A DNA stretch of 64,000 bases, taken from IMG/VR virus record IMGVR_UViG_3300020456_000005. The stretch is one strand, 5' to 3'. The notes under the pieces are model-generated. The model ran no database searches and had not been told where the DNA came from. It saw only the letters and a program-made list of their open reading frames with translations. The stretch is from a virus. The position numbers and the translations under genes were made by a program. Every line of letters starts with the position of its first letter. Positions within the stretch are counted from its first letter, which is position 1. This document shows, piece after piece, positions 18,793 to 26,464 of this stretch.

Positions 18793-19082
18793 TTTACCTA
18801 TCACGTTACACTAAAACAAAACCACAGCACACCGCTCCATTGATCGTCAATGACATCAAAACACTGCTGAAACCCCTCCCTAATCGTCATACACGCGGTT
18901 TGTACACAGTTCCAGTAGGAACTGACGCTGAACCCATGACGGACGAATACAGACGCTTCTGGCGCTATCAAGGACATTTTACGTTAGAATTTGTAAAGGC
19001 AATTTGCGAAATCCTCCCTAAGGATGTAGAATTTGTGTCTTATGATCACCTCAAGAACCAACTGGAACTGAACAAACTATGA
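18789..19082 (+). CDS. Hypothetical protein
   Basis: 97 aa with GGAGG SD and ATGA overlap. Confidence 0.75.
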   Translation: MIYLSRYTKTKPQHTAPLIVNDIKTLLKPLPNRHTRGLYTVPVGTDAEPMTDEYRRFWRYQGHFTLEFVKAICEILPKDVEFVSYDHLKNQLELNKL

Positions 19083-19315
19083 ACAACGTTGACGCTCTTC
19101 GTATCTCACAACAACGTGATGACATTTGTGAGTGGGCAGTCGCTCGCTTTCGTGAACTTATGGAGGGAGATCGTATTGATGATGCTCTCTGTTTTGCTGA
19201 TGAATGGTTTGAGTGGTTGGATCCAAACAACTACATAAACGAGTCCACACACTTCTACAATGTAGATGAACTCCAAGAATTACATGACGGATTTGAAGAA
19301 CTCTCCCCTGAATGA
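19079..19315 (+). CDS. Hypothetical acidic protein
   Basis: 78 aa with ATGA overlap. Confidence 0.7.
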   Translation: MNNVDALRISQQRDDICEWAVARFRELMEGDRIDDALCFADEWFEWLDPNNYINESTHFYNVDELQELHDGFEELSPE

Positions 19316-19442
19316 GCAGATAAGACTGCTGATCATGGAATACATGACAGCGGAGAATAATAAAGATCATGCTAAAGCAGAGAAGATTCATGCAGAAATC
19401 AAGCAACTCAAATCCCTTTGTGGCAAAGATTGCACTGACTGA
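19284..19442 (+). CDS. Small helical hypothetical protein (52 aa, not in ORF track)
   Basis: MTDLKNSPLNEQIRLLIMEYM... Confidence 0.5.
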   Translation: MTDLKNSPLNEQIRLLIMEYMTAENNKDHAKAEKIHAEIKQLKSLCGKDCTD

Positions 19443-19581
19443 TGCTCTTGAAGAAGAGTATCAGGACTGGTTAGAGATCAAGCGTAGTCTAGGTATCAAG
19501 AGAACAATTAAAAGTTTTTTGTATTTTATCCACAACTATGGCATACCTGACAAAGAAGGAGGCAGTATGGATCTGCCGTAA
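19420..19581 (+). CDS. Small hypothetical protein (GTG start preferred over 19369)
   Basis: EEEYQDWLEIKRSLGIKRTIKSFL. Confidence 0.55.
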   Translation: MAKIALTDALEEEYQDWLEIKRSLGIKRTIKSFLYFIHNYGIPDKEGGSMDLP

Positions 19582-19723
19582 GGTGATTAAAGTTTGGCAT
19601 CCCGAACTACGTGGCAATACTGAAGCAAAGCAAAAGTATTGGCAATACTTCCTTGACATACTATACAAGGATGGTAGAATTGAACAAAGTGATTACGAAA
19701 CATGGTTATGTCCTTTCAAATGA
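19538..19723 (+). CDS. Small hypothetical protein
   Basis: 61 aa, W..FLDILYKDGRI...YETWLCPF. Confidence 0.7.
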   Translation: MAYLTKKEAVWICRKVIKVWHPELRGNTEAKQKYWQYFLDILYKDGRIEQSDYETWLCPFK

Positions 19724-20409
19724 AGATGACTGCAGTCCTGAGTGGATTGCTATTTACAGTTGCACCCATTGCAGTTGATGCTAATGAAGATAAACTGACA
19801 AAAGGTTATTATACCTTTGACGCAATGGGTTGTATGCTCCTTAGAGAGTGTACAGAAGGTGTTAAAGAAGTACATTCACTCTTGGATATTTCATCTCAAT
19901 ATGAGGAACCAGAGAAATTCACACATGTGAGTCGTGAGTTTAATAATATGCTCACCTCACTCCATACTGTTGGTGTCAAAGTATTTCTTGCTGATGAGAA
20001 ATACTTTCCAGTAGGACATCGTGGTGTCTATCATACTGTAAGCAACAACTTCTATCTTAATAGGAGATTCATGCATCGTCCACATGTACTCATGAGTGTA
20101 ATGAGACATGAAGGATGGCATGCTGCACAAGATTGTATGGCAGGCACCATTGATAATAGTTTGATTGCTATCATCATGGATGAGGAGAAAGTTCCTATGA
20201 TCTGGCAAGAGATTGCTTCTGACACATATAAAAGTATGCCTCATGCTATTCCATGGGAGAAGGAAGCAACGTGGGCAGGAAAGACTGAAGGCATGACAGA
20301 AGCAGCACTTGCATCGTGCGCTCGTGGTAAAATGTGGTATGATTATAAACCCACACCACTCACACGTCAATGGTTGGAGGAGAACGGTTATGACGTACCT
20401 AGAGATTGA
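19720..20409 (+). CDS. Exported HExxH (zincin-like) protein
   Basis: N-terminal hydrophobic signal-like segment (MKMTAVLSGLLFTVAPIAVDA), VMRHEGWHAAQDC, downstream EKEA. Confidence 0.65.
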   Translation: MKMTAVLSGLLFTVAPIAVDANEDKLTKGYYTFDAMGCMLLRECTEGVKEVHSLLDISSQYEEPEKFTHVSREFNNMLTSLHTVGVKVFLADEKYFPVGHRGVYHTVSNNFYLNRRFMHRPHVLMSVMRHEGWHAAQDCMAGTIDNSLIAIIMDEEKVPMIWQEIASDTYKSMPHAIPWEKEATWAGKTEGMTEAALASCARGKMWYDYKPTPLTRQWLEENGYDVPRD

Positions 20410-20698
20410 ACGAGATGACAACACGCAAGACCTCTACATCACGCTCCCGCAAGAGTACCTCAACCAACTCGGTTGGGAAGCAGGCACAGAAATCGTCTGG
20501 GAAATCTCAGAAGAGAGTATCACGCTCCGCAAGTACTCAGAAGAATCTGAAGAAGAATCTAGAGAAACTAACATCACAGAAGGAACAGAAGAAGACTGGG
20601 ACAAGTTCTGGTACGAAAGTGAGAGCGAAGGCAAAGAGTTCCGCGAAACCCTCAGTCAAGTCTACCACTCGCCAGAACAGCAAGGATCGTGGAGTTAA
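20390..20698 (+). CDS. AbrB/MazE-like DNA-binding protein with acidic tail
   Basis: GGAGGAG SD at 20376-82; DLYITLPQEYLNQLGWEAGTEIVWEISEESITLRK swapped-hairpin motif. Confidence 0.75.
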   Translation: MTYLEIERDDNTQDLYITLPQEYLNQLGWEAGTEIVWEISEESITLRKYSEESEEESRETNITEGTEEDWDKFWYESESEGKEFRETLSQVYHSPEQQGSWS

Positions 20699-20933
20699 AC
20701 ACACGCGCTCTAGTAAGAAAGAACTCTTTCCACATAACCCATTTCCGTGGAGATTAGAACCACGTACTGGTAAGTTTAACTTATCATGGTACATGTGTTT
20801 TGATCACGCGGTAGATCAAATTGAAAGACAACAACTCAAACCACGTGACTATAAATTACAGTGTTACATCAGTGTACCACTGGATGATCCACTCACTGGT
20901 TCAGTACGCATACAACGATACGTTAACAGATGA
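20406..20933 (+). CDS. Basic Ser/Lys-rich protein overlapping the AbrB-like gene
   Basis: 175-aa ORF; globular-looking C-terminus (FPHNPFPWRLE..WYMCFDHA) fills 20700-20933. Confidence 0.6.
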   Translation: MNEMTTRKTSTSRSRKSTSTNSVGKQAQKSSGKSQKRVSRSASTQKNLKKNLEKLTSQKEQKKTGTSSGTKVRAKAKSSAKPSVKSTTRQNSKDRGVKHTRSSKKELFPHNPFPWRLEPRTGKFNLSWYMCFDHAVDQIERQQLKPRDYKLQCYISVPLDDPLTGSVRIQRYVNR

Positions 20934-21520
20934 TTGATGAAAGTAAGGTCATCATTACTGATGATTACATGCCACAAGAAGATTTTAATCTTATCAAAGG
21001 TTTTATCATGGGCAATGAAATGGCATGGTACTGGATTGGTAACTATGGTGGAGGATATCCACTCATGGAACATGTATTCTACTCTGAAAAGAGAGGACCA
21101 GAACTACATGTTGGTACACCAATGGTGAATACAACTGCATTTAGATATGTTGATCCATTGATTGCACGTATTAAACCAGCAGGACTAGTACGTATCCGCG
21201 CTAATTGTAATTGGCGTACGGATATTAATACCATGGAACAACGTGCATGGCACACTGATGTACCATTTGAATGTACGACTGGCATTTATTATCTACATGA
21301 TAGTGATGGTTGTACTGTACTGGACAATGATGGTGATCCGTTGGAGATTGAAACTAAAGCAAATAGATTTGTTGAGTTTCCATCATCATATCAACATGCT
21401 GCAACACCATTTACCACGCCAGAACGACGTGTGTTGATTAACTTTAACTTCCATCGTGGTGATATGAGTCCAAATACGACCACTATTCAAAGTGGCATAT
21501 CCAACCCCGAACACTGGTAA
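20930..21520 (+). CDS. 2OG-Fe(II) oxygenase
   Basis: RIRAN..WHTD..TTGIYYL..ANRFVEFPS..HAA..RVLINFNF. Confidence 0.85.
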   Translation: MIDESKVIITDDYMPQEDFNLIKGFIMGNEMAWYWIGNYGGGYPLMEHVFYSEKRGPELHVGTPMVNTTAFRYVDPLIARIKPAGLVRIRANCNWRTDINTMEQRAWHTDVPFECTTGIYYLHDSDGCTVLDNDGDPLEIETKANRFVEFPSSYQHAATPFTTPERRVLINFNFHRGDMSPNTTTIQSGISNPEHW

Positions 21521-21533
21521 CATGTGGTATAAT
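21478..21533 (+). promoter_or_regulatory. Early promoter with palindrome
   Basis: GACCACTAttcaAAGTGGCATA (21478-99), TGG-TATAAT 21528-33. Confidence 0.7.
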
Positions 21534-21552
21534 ATGTGAGTAACCAAACTAC

Positions 21553-21705
21553 ATGATGAAACACCGTTTATGGTTGCTAGCAAGCACATTGTGCGGCGTA
21601 GGTTTACTCTATGTTTGCACATACCAACCCCATGGTGAGATGATACAAACCATGGTGGATATTGTCCATTCATTCCCTAAAGCAAGAGAAGGAGAACAGT
21701 ATTAA
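21553..21705 (+). CDS. Small putative membrane protein (50 aa, not in ORF track)
   Basis: MMKHRLWLLASTLCGVGLLYVC hydrophobic N-terminus, behind the promoter. Confidence 0.55.
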   Translation: MMKHRLWLLASTLCGVGLLYVCTYQPHGEMIQTMVDIVHSFPKAREGEQY

Positions 21706-21860
21706 TGACAAAACGACAATTTGTAAATTCAAAGGGTGATACATGGGAGTGGGATGAAACTCCTGACACTCAAAAGGCAATCAAACGATTGCAAATGGAT
21801 ATTGATGAACGTATTCGTCAACTAGAGAGTGAAGCATCTGATTATGGTGTAGGTAAGTAA
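21705..21860 (+). CDS. Small hypothetical protein (51 aa, not in ORF track)
   Basis: MTKRQFVNSKGDTWEWDETP...; TAATG overlaps at both ends. Confidence 0.65.
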   Translation: MTKRQFVNSKGDTWEWDETPDTQKAIKRLQMDIDERIRQLESEASDYGVGK

Positions 21861-22354
21861 TGGAAAGAGCATTCATTCGTGAACGTCATCAAATTATTAT
21901 TGACACATATTATGATCTCAGTATCAATGATGCATTCATGGATGAGATCAAAGATATTGAGTGGGTGAACTCATATGCAACTAATGTGAGTGCTAAGATG
22001 TCTGCTTGGTCTACCAAATCAGATAATATCACCCAGATCTATGAGTGGGTGCTCTCATTACTACATGCTACACATGATGATCTACCAGTTCATAAGTATG
22101 AATTGTATGAAGCATGGTATGCATCTTATAGTGATGGTGATAACACACGTTGTCATGATCATAAGTTTGTACCATGGTCATTTGTATACTTCATACAATC
22201 ACCTGAAGGATCATCATCACTTTATTTTCCTACATCAAATAAAGAAATCAAACCAGTTGCTGGTCGTGTTGTAGTATTTCCTGGAAATGTAGAACATTAC
22301 GTGCCAATTAATCATTGTGATGATAGAATAGTACTTGCTGGTAATATTAAATGA
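21860..22354 (+). CDS. Putative 2OG-Fe(II) oxygenase (TIGR02466-like)
   Basis: WYASY..HDH..WSFVYFI..VVFPG..HYV..RIVLAGNI. Confidence 0.85.
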   Translation: MERAFIRERHQIIIDTYYDLSINDAFMDEIKDIEWVNSYATNVSAKMSAWSTKSDNITQIYEWVLSLLHATHDDLPVHKYELYEAWYASYSDGDNTRCHDHKFVPWSFVYFIQSPEGSSSLYFPTSNKEIKPVAGRVVVFPGNVEHYVPINHCDDRIVLAGNIK

Positions 22355-22938
22355 AAGCACAATTTGAAATCACACCTGATACATATGATCCCACAATTGA
22401 GTGGGGTGATAAGGTATTGTACTTTCCTAACTATTTCCCTGATCATGCTAACATCACATGGAATGATATTGTACCATTATGGCAAGCAGAGCGTAATAAT
22501 GATTATCTCCGCATGCTCACTCCACCTAATGAGTTAGTCACAGAAAATCATATTGATTATGATGGTGAAACAGAAAATCCAGATCTAGCATTTCAAATTG
22601 ATCGGCAAGTGATTGTGCCCACATTTGTGACACACACTCAAGATAATTTGAATGATCATGTTAGAACTATATGTGAAGAAGCATACGCTCTTAAATTACG
22701 TAATCTTCATACCTATAGTACTGTCATGGCGGAGTCTTATGTGTTTAAATCACATAAAGATCCACATTCTATCATGTTAGTACAATGTATTGGTATGACA
22801 TCATATCATTTTGAAGATGGTACAATACATCAATTGAAAGAAGGTGATGGTCTATACATCCCACGTGGTATCTACCATGCACCACAAGTGTTTGGTCCAC
22901 GTGTTACATTCTCATACAACTGGCATTACAGACGATGA
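22351..22938 (+). CDS. JmjC/cupin-like 2OG oxygenase
   Basis: FKSHKD..LVQCIG..LKEGDGLYIPRGIYH..RVTFS. Confidence 0.8.
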   Translation: MKAQFEITPDTYDPTIEWGDKVLYFPNYFPDHANITWNDIVPLWQAERNNDYLRMLTPPNELVTENHIDYDGETENPDLAFQIDRQVIVPTFVTHTQDNLNDHVRTICEEAYALKLRNLHTYSTVMAESYVFKSHKDPHSIMLVQCIGMTSYHFEDGTIHQLKEGDGLYIPRGIYHAPQVFGPRVTFSYNWHYRR

Positions 22939-23096
22939 ATCATCTTACACCTGAAGAATACATGTATATTCGTACTGTACTCGCACGTACATCATCATAT
23001 ACTATCGCACGTGCTGAACAAATAGATCTCCCTACTGTGAATCATAAACTACTCACACGTAAAATTGATAACATTATTCAACGTATGCACCGATGA
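22935..23096 (+). CDS. Small hypothetical protein (53 aa, not in ORF track)
   Basis: MNHLTPEEYMYIRTVL...; ATGA overlaps at both ends. Confidence 0.6.
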   Translation: MNHLTPEEYMYIRTVLARTSSYTIARAEQIDLPTVNHKLLTRKIDNIIQRMHR

Positions 23097-23644
23097 TCAT
23101 TAAACATCAAGAAAATGTCAATGTGATCACTGCCAAATACCCTGATCTCTCTATTAATCAACAGTTGTACACTGATGCACATACTATTGGTTGGAAAGAA
23201 TTTAATGTATCAACTGTACGTGTCACTCATATGTCTGATTGGTGGGTAGAATCACCTGCTATTGATACCATCGTTGATTGGGTAGCACATACTATTCAAC
23301 AAAATGTACAATACACATTAGATCACACATTCACTATTGTGTCAACATGGTTCGCTAAGTATTCAAAAGATGATTACTCACTCCCACATCATCACATCCC
23401 AACACAATACTCTTTTGTATACTATGTTAGGACACCACCTAATTCAGCACCACTCCTTCTCCCATCATCTAATACATCTATCCCAGTAGAAGAAGGACTT
23501 GTTGTTATACTACCAATGGGAACTATACATGGTGTTGACAAATGCCAAACTGATGATAGACTAGTCCTAGCAGGTAATTTCTATCTCACACCACCAGGAA
23601 TGACAGTACAAATGGATGGATTCTACTCGGGGGCAACTAAATGA
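23093..23644 (+). CDS. Putative 2OG-Fe(II) oxygenase (paralogue of 21860-22354)
   Basis: WFAKY..PHHH..YSFVYYV..HGV..RLVLAGNF. Confidence 0.85.
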   Translation: MIIKHQENVNVITAKYPDLSINQQLYTDAHTIGWKEFNVSTVRVTHMSDWWVESPAIDTIVDWVAHTIQQNVQYTLDHTFTIVSTWFAKYSKDDYSLPHHHIPTQYSFVYYVRTPPNSAPLLLPSSNTSIPVEEGLVVILPMGTIHGVDKCQTDDRLVLAGNFYLTPPGMTVQMDGFYSGATK

Positions 23645-23901
23645 CATACACTCCTAGAGTTAATGATAGAGTTAAATGGAGAGATGATGAGGGTTGGGTC
23701 TATTGTATTACTGATCAATACTTCACACTAGAAGTATCAACCAAACCAATGTCAGAAGAAACAGCACAACATACTAAACATAGACAACATCATTGCTTAC
23801 TAGTTGTGCCCATTAATCAATACAATAATGTACAATACCTAGGACATAGACAATCACAATACGATGACACCATCACTCAAACTATTCAAACAAACAAGTG
23901 A
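23641..23901 (+). CDS. Hypothetical protein
   Basis: 86 aa, YTPRVNDRVKW..EGWVY. Confidence 0.7.
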   Translation: MTYTPRVNDRVKWRDDEGWVYCITDQYFTLEVSTKPMSEETAQHTKHRQHHCLLVVPINQYNNVQYLGHRQSQYDDTITQTIQTNK

Positions 23902-24094
23902 TAAACCATACGATAGACATCACTATCTACTCGTCACTAAAGACAACAAATCTATCATGTTTGATGACTATGAACAACTTAGAGCAGTCTGGTTTCAACG
24001 CTGTCACACTGGTATGCTATCACATGTCATAGTACAAGATAATGTACAATATAATACACATGTCCGCGCCAGTGATACCAAGGGTTTTAAGTAG
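23864..24094 (+). CDS. Hypothetical protein
   Basis: 76 aa, FKQTSDKPYDRHHY...KGFK. Confidence 0.7.
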   Translation: MTPSLKLFKQTSDKPYDRHHYLLVTKDNKSIMFDDYEQLRAVWFQRCHTGMLSHVIVQDNVQYNTHVRASDTKGFK

Positions 24095-24096
24095 GT

Positions 24097-24117
24097 TGTG
24101 GAAAACCCTGTGGAAAA
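24097..24117 (-). promoter_or_regulatory. Two tandem cyanobacterial-type DnaA boxes (TTTTCCACA)
   Basis: TGTGGAAAA at 24097-105 and 24109-117 in intergenic DNA. Confidence 0.55.
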
Positions 24118-24196
24118 CTTTAAAAACATTAAATAAATGGGGGTAAGGTGCTGTGTAGATACTGTGAAGGATCTGTTAAGGTACTCTGGAGACGCT

Positions 24197-24225
24197 ACCT
24201 TAGCCCGCAACCTACCGAAAGTCAA
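24197..24225 (-). promoter_or_regulatory. Leftward sigma70 promoter TTGACT-17-TAAGGT
   Basis: Reverse complements of AGTCAA (24220-25) and ACCTTA (24197-202); 31 nt from the palindrome edge at 24233. Confidence 0.6.
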
Positions 24226-24232
24226 GTAGGAG

Positions 24233-24292
24233 TGTGCCAGTTCTTTTAGTGGCACAAAAACCCTCGGAAATGACTCGGAGGTGCTTTATAAT
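24233..24292 (+). promoter_or_regulatory. Early promoter with the most symmetric palindrome copy
   Basis: TGTGCCA-gttcttttag-TGGCACA (24233-56), TATAAT 24287-92. Confidence 0.8.
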
Positions 24293-24326
24293 AAACTCAA
24301 GAACACAGAAATCTCACTTTTTCGCT

Positions 24327-24381
24327 TTTTTGAGTTTTTCGGAATTCTTAAAAAGTCAAAATTTAAGATTTTTGAGTTTTT
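24327..24381 (+). repeat. T-rich direct repeat TTTTTGAGTTTTT x2 in AT-rich leader
   Basis: Copies at 24327-39 and 24369-81. Confidence 0.7.
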
Positions 24382-24400
24382 TTAACTTTTAATCTTTAAC

Positions 24401-24634
24401 ATGTTTGTGAAAACCTACGAAATCAAGGACTCTAGTGCTATTTTCTCCCTTAAATCGGAAGAAAACAGTGTATTTGTTGTGTATAACAGCAATCTAGACA
24501 AAGAATACGAGTTTAATTGTAAAAATGTACAAGAATTTGACGAAAAAGTGTCAAATACTCTGAAAAATGAAGAATCTATTGGTAAACTAGTAAATGTAAG
24601 TATTAAAGAAGGTCTAATCACCCCAACTAAATAA
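24401..24634 (+). CDS. KTSC-like small protein
   Basis: SSAIFSL..VFVVYNS..EYEF..ESIGKLVN resembles the KTSC pattern. Confidence 0.55.
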   Translation: MFVKTYEIKDSSAIFSLKSEENSVFVVYNSNLDKEYEFNCKNVQEFDEKVSNTLKNEESIGKLVNVSIKEGLITPTK

Positions 24635-24672
24635 TCATCCACTGTTGTAGTATAGTAAACACTATCTGAGTA

Positions 24673-24831
24673 ATGAGTAAGAAGAGTTCACGCGGTTCAT
24701 CTGATCACCGCGATGAGTTTATAGACGATTTTGAAGATTTTGGTTATGAAGTAAAGAATATCCGACGCCACTCAAAGAAGAAAGTAGCAAAGTTTAAACG
24801 AGAACAGGATGAACACTATGACAGTTATTAA
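24673..24831 (+). CDS. Small charged hypothetical protein (52 aa, not in ORF track)
   Basis: MSKKSSRGSSDHRDEFIDDFEDFG...; preceded by late-type CTAAATA 24627-33. Confidence 0.6.
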   Translation: MSKKSSRGSSDHRDEFIDDFEDFGYEVKNIRRHSKKKVAKFKREQDEHYDSY

Positions 24832-24895
24832 AGTGGACCACTAGTGGTTGCATAATAGAATCTGAATGTATATTATTAAAGAGTACATTCAGATT
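24819..24895 (+). promoter_or_regulatory. Early promoter with palindrome and inverted repeat flanking the -10 box
   Basis: TGACAGTTattaAAGTGGACCA (24819-40), TTGCAT-17-TATTAT (24871-76), inverted repeat 24859-70/24884-95. Confidence 0.7.
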
Positions 24896-24903
24896 TTCTT
24901 TTT

Positions 24904-25086
24904 ATGTTCTTCAAACACATTTCACTTCATGAATACGACCTCACTGATAAAGGTATTAGTCAGGCATGTTATGATGAGATGAGAGGTGAGGGATATGATT
25001 TAATTTTAGCAGAAGATGAGATGCGTCATTTAGCAAACTTTAAACGTGAACAGTTTAAAGACTACATGCGCCCACTATTTGCTTAG
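24904..25086 (+). CDS. Small hypothetical early protein
   Basis: 60 aa. Confidence 0.7.
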   Translation: MFFKHISLHEYDLTDKGISQACYDEMRGEGYDLILAEDEMRHLANFKREQFKDYMRPLFA

Positions 25087-25089
25087 GGG

Positions 25090-25329
25090 ATGAACATGAC
25101 ACCAGCAGAATACAAAGCACATTGTGCCATGGACACTCTAAGAATTGGACAGGTTGTAACCAGCATGGACAATATTGATTTTCTCACTATTGTTTATGAG
25201 GACTATTGCACTAAGCATAGTTTACCTTATGTCTCAGCAGATGAGCAGGATCTTAATGACATGGATGAGAAACATGTCAACTGGTTGTATAATTTCAACC
25301 AGATGTGGGATCTCGCTATAAACAATTAA
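25090..25329 (+). CDS. Small hypothetical protein
   Basis: 79 aa. Confidence 0.65.
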   Translation: MNMTPAEYKAHCAMDTLRIGQVVTSMDNIDFLTIVYEDYCTKHSLPYVSADEQDLNDMDEKHVNWLYNFNQMWDLAINN

Positions 25330-25339
25330 AGCGGCCGCG

Positions 25340-25398
25340 GCAACCAGTCTGACAACTGTCCACTGGTTGCTGTTTTGTTTTGACCCATCGGTTATACT
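25340..25398 (+). promoter_or_regulatory. Early promoter with palindrome
   Basis: CCAGTCtgacAACTGTCCAC (25344-63) inside the inverted repeat GCAACCAGT/ACTGGTTGC; TATACT 25393-98. Confidence 0.7.
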
Positions 25399-25404
25399 AT
25401 GTGC

Positions 25405-25596
25405 ATGACATACGAAATCACCTGCCCCGCCACTGGCGACACCGAGATGACCAACGACCTAGATCGTGCCATGGACATCTGCTTTGACATGCATCAGGAC
25501 CATGATGGTGCATATGCCTGCATCCGTGACGACTTCGGAAACATAGTAGGCGAATACGGCGACGTAATGGAAGCAGTCGCCAACCACTTGATGTAG
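25405..25596 (+). CDS. Small acidic hypothetical early protein (probably leaderless)
   Basis: ATG 25405 lies 6 nt after the -10 box. Confidence 0.65.
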   Translation: MTYEITCPATGDTEMTNDLDRAMDICFDMHQDHDGAYACIRDDFGNIVGEYGDVMEAVANHLM

Positions 25597-25639
25597 TGGC
25601 ACACAGGGGGTTGCAACTGCTGCCCCCATGCCCTATATT
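25583..25639 (+). promoter_or_regulatory. Early promoter with palindrome
   Basis: ACCACTTgatgTAGTGGCACA (25583-603), TTGCAA-17-TATATT (25634-39), GGGGG/CCCCC arms around the -35. Confidence 0.8.
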
Positions 25640-25674
25640 AAAAGAGTCAACAAATCACCCCCCATTTTCACCAC

Positions 25675-25998
25675 ATGCGTAAGATTGAATCACTGATGAA
25701 CCGCGCCATCCAAACTAACAAGAATTGGAGCAATGCTAACACCAGTGTTACTTACTGCCCCGAATCTGAGGAGTCTAAGGTATACCTGCACGGCAACCAC
25801 ATTGCCACTGTAGGTGACAATTTCCTTCAGATCTTTGATGGCGGTTGGCAATCCAACACCACCAAATCTCGTTTGAATGCACTCATCAACGAATTCTGTA
25901 ACGGATTCACTGACGGCGTATTTCAGAAGAATTTTGAGTGGTTCATCACCGATAACAATGTTACTCGGGACTTTGAGAATGGTTACATATTTGCATGA
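25675..25998 (+). CDS. Phage hypothetical early protein
   Basis: MRKIE..VYLHGNHIA..GWQSNTTKSRLNAL. Confidence 0.8.
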   Translation: MRKIESLMNRAIQTNKNWSNANTSVTYCPESEESKVYLHGNHIATVGDNFLQIFDGGWQSNTTKSRLNALINEFCNGFTDGVFQKNFEWFITDNNVTRDFENGYIFA

Positions 25999-26000
25999 AT

Positions 26001-26028
26001 GAGCGGGGGCAATATGCCCCCTCTTTTT
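26001..26028 (+). terminator. Intrinsic terminator
   Basis: GGGGGCA-ata-TGCCCCC followed by TCTTTTT. Confidence 0.8.
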
Positions 26029-26103
26029 ATCCTTACCCATACACAATTGAAACCTATTCCATCGCATTGCAATGATGAACTTTTGCCGTGGTTTGTTTTC
26101 ATG

Positions 26104-26132
26104 TTGACAAAAAAGTTGATTGGTGGTATAAC
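26104..26132 (+). promoter_or_regulatory. sigma70-type promoter without palindrome
   Basis: TTGACA-17-TATAAC with TGG extension. Confidence 0.65.
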
Positions 26133-26158
26133 TAGTATACGCCAACCTGAGGTTTAAC

Positions 26159-26293
26159 ATGACTGCAGAAGAATGGGAAACAGAGTATCAAGAACAGTTG
26201 CAAGATGAGTTGTCAACGGGATGGCGTGATTTCATCCGTTATGATGACTGCTGCGCTGCTGTCCTTGAGATAGACTACACCACACAATCATGA
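26159..26293 (+). CDS. Small acidic hypothetical protein (44 aa, not in ORF track)
   Basis: GAGGT SD; MTAEEWETEYQEQL... Confidence 0.6.
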   Translation: MTAEEWETEYQEQLQDELSTGWRDFIRYDDCCAAVLEIDYTTQS

Positions 26294-26433
26294 ACCACAT
26301 CATCACCATGCTCCAGGACATTTTTGACGTGCCTAACATTGAAAGCGTACTAGTAGAAGATGAGAACGGGGAACTAGGTGTGGACCTGACCGATTTGGAA
26401 ACTGTCCCATCAGAGGCGACGGGTTGGCAGTGA
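26290..26433 (+). CDS. Small acidic hypothetical protein (47 aa, not in ORF track)
   Basis: ATGA overlap; MNHIITMLQDIFDV... Confidence 0.55.
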   Translation: MNHIITMLQDIFDVPNIESVLVEDENGELGVDLTDLETVPSEATGWQ

Positions 26434-26444
26434 TGCCCTATAAT
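26387..26444 (+). promoter_or_regulatory. Early promoter with palindrome
   Basis: TGACCGATTtggaAACTGTCCCA (26387-409), TGCCC-TATAAT 26439-44. Confidence 0.65.
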
Positions 26445-26464
26445 AGGGACACCAACAAAAAAAC

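Noticed and set aside
24004-24255. 83-aa minus-strand ORF across the origin-like locus
   Set aside because: It starts inside the palindrome, upstream of the leftward promoter's predicted start site, and has no protein-like features.
25131-25152. Possible extra palindrome GGACACTCtaagAATTGGACAG
   Set aside because: It is degenerate and there is no -10 hexamer about 30 nt downstream.
25331-25338. NotI site as a cloning or assembly artefact
   Set aside because: The flanks are contiguous phage-like sequence and the overlapping GCCGCGGC core recurs elsewhere in coding DNA.
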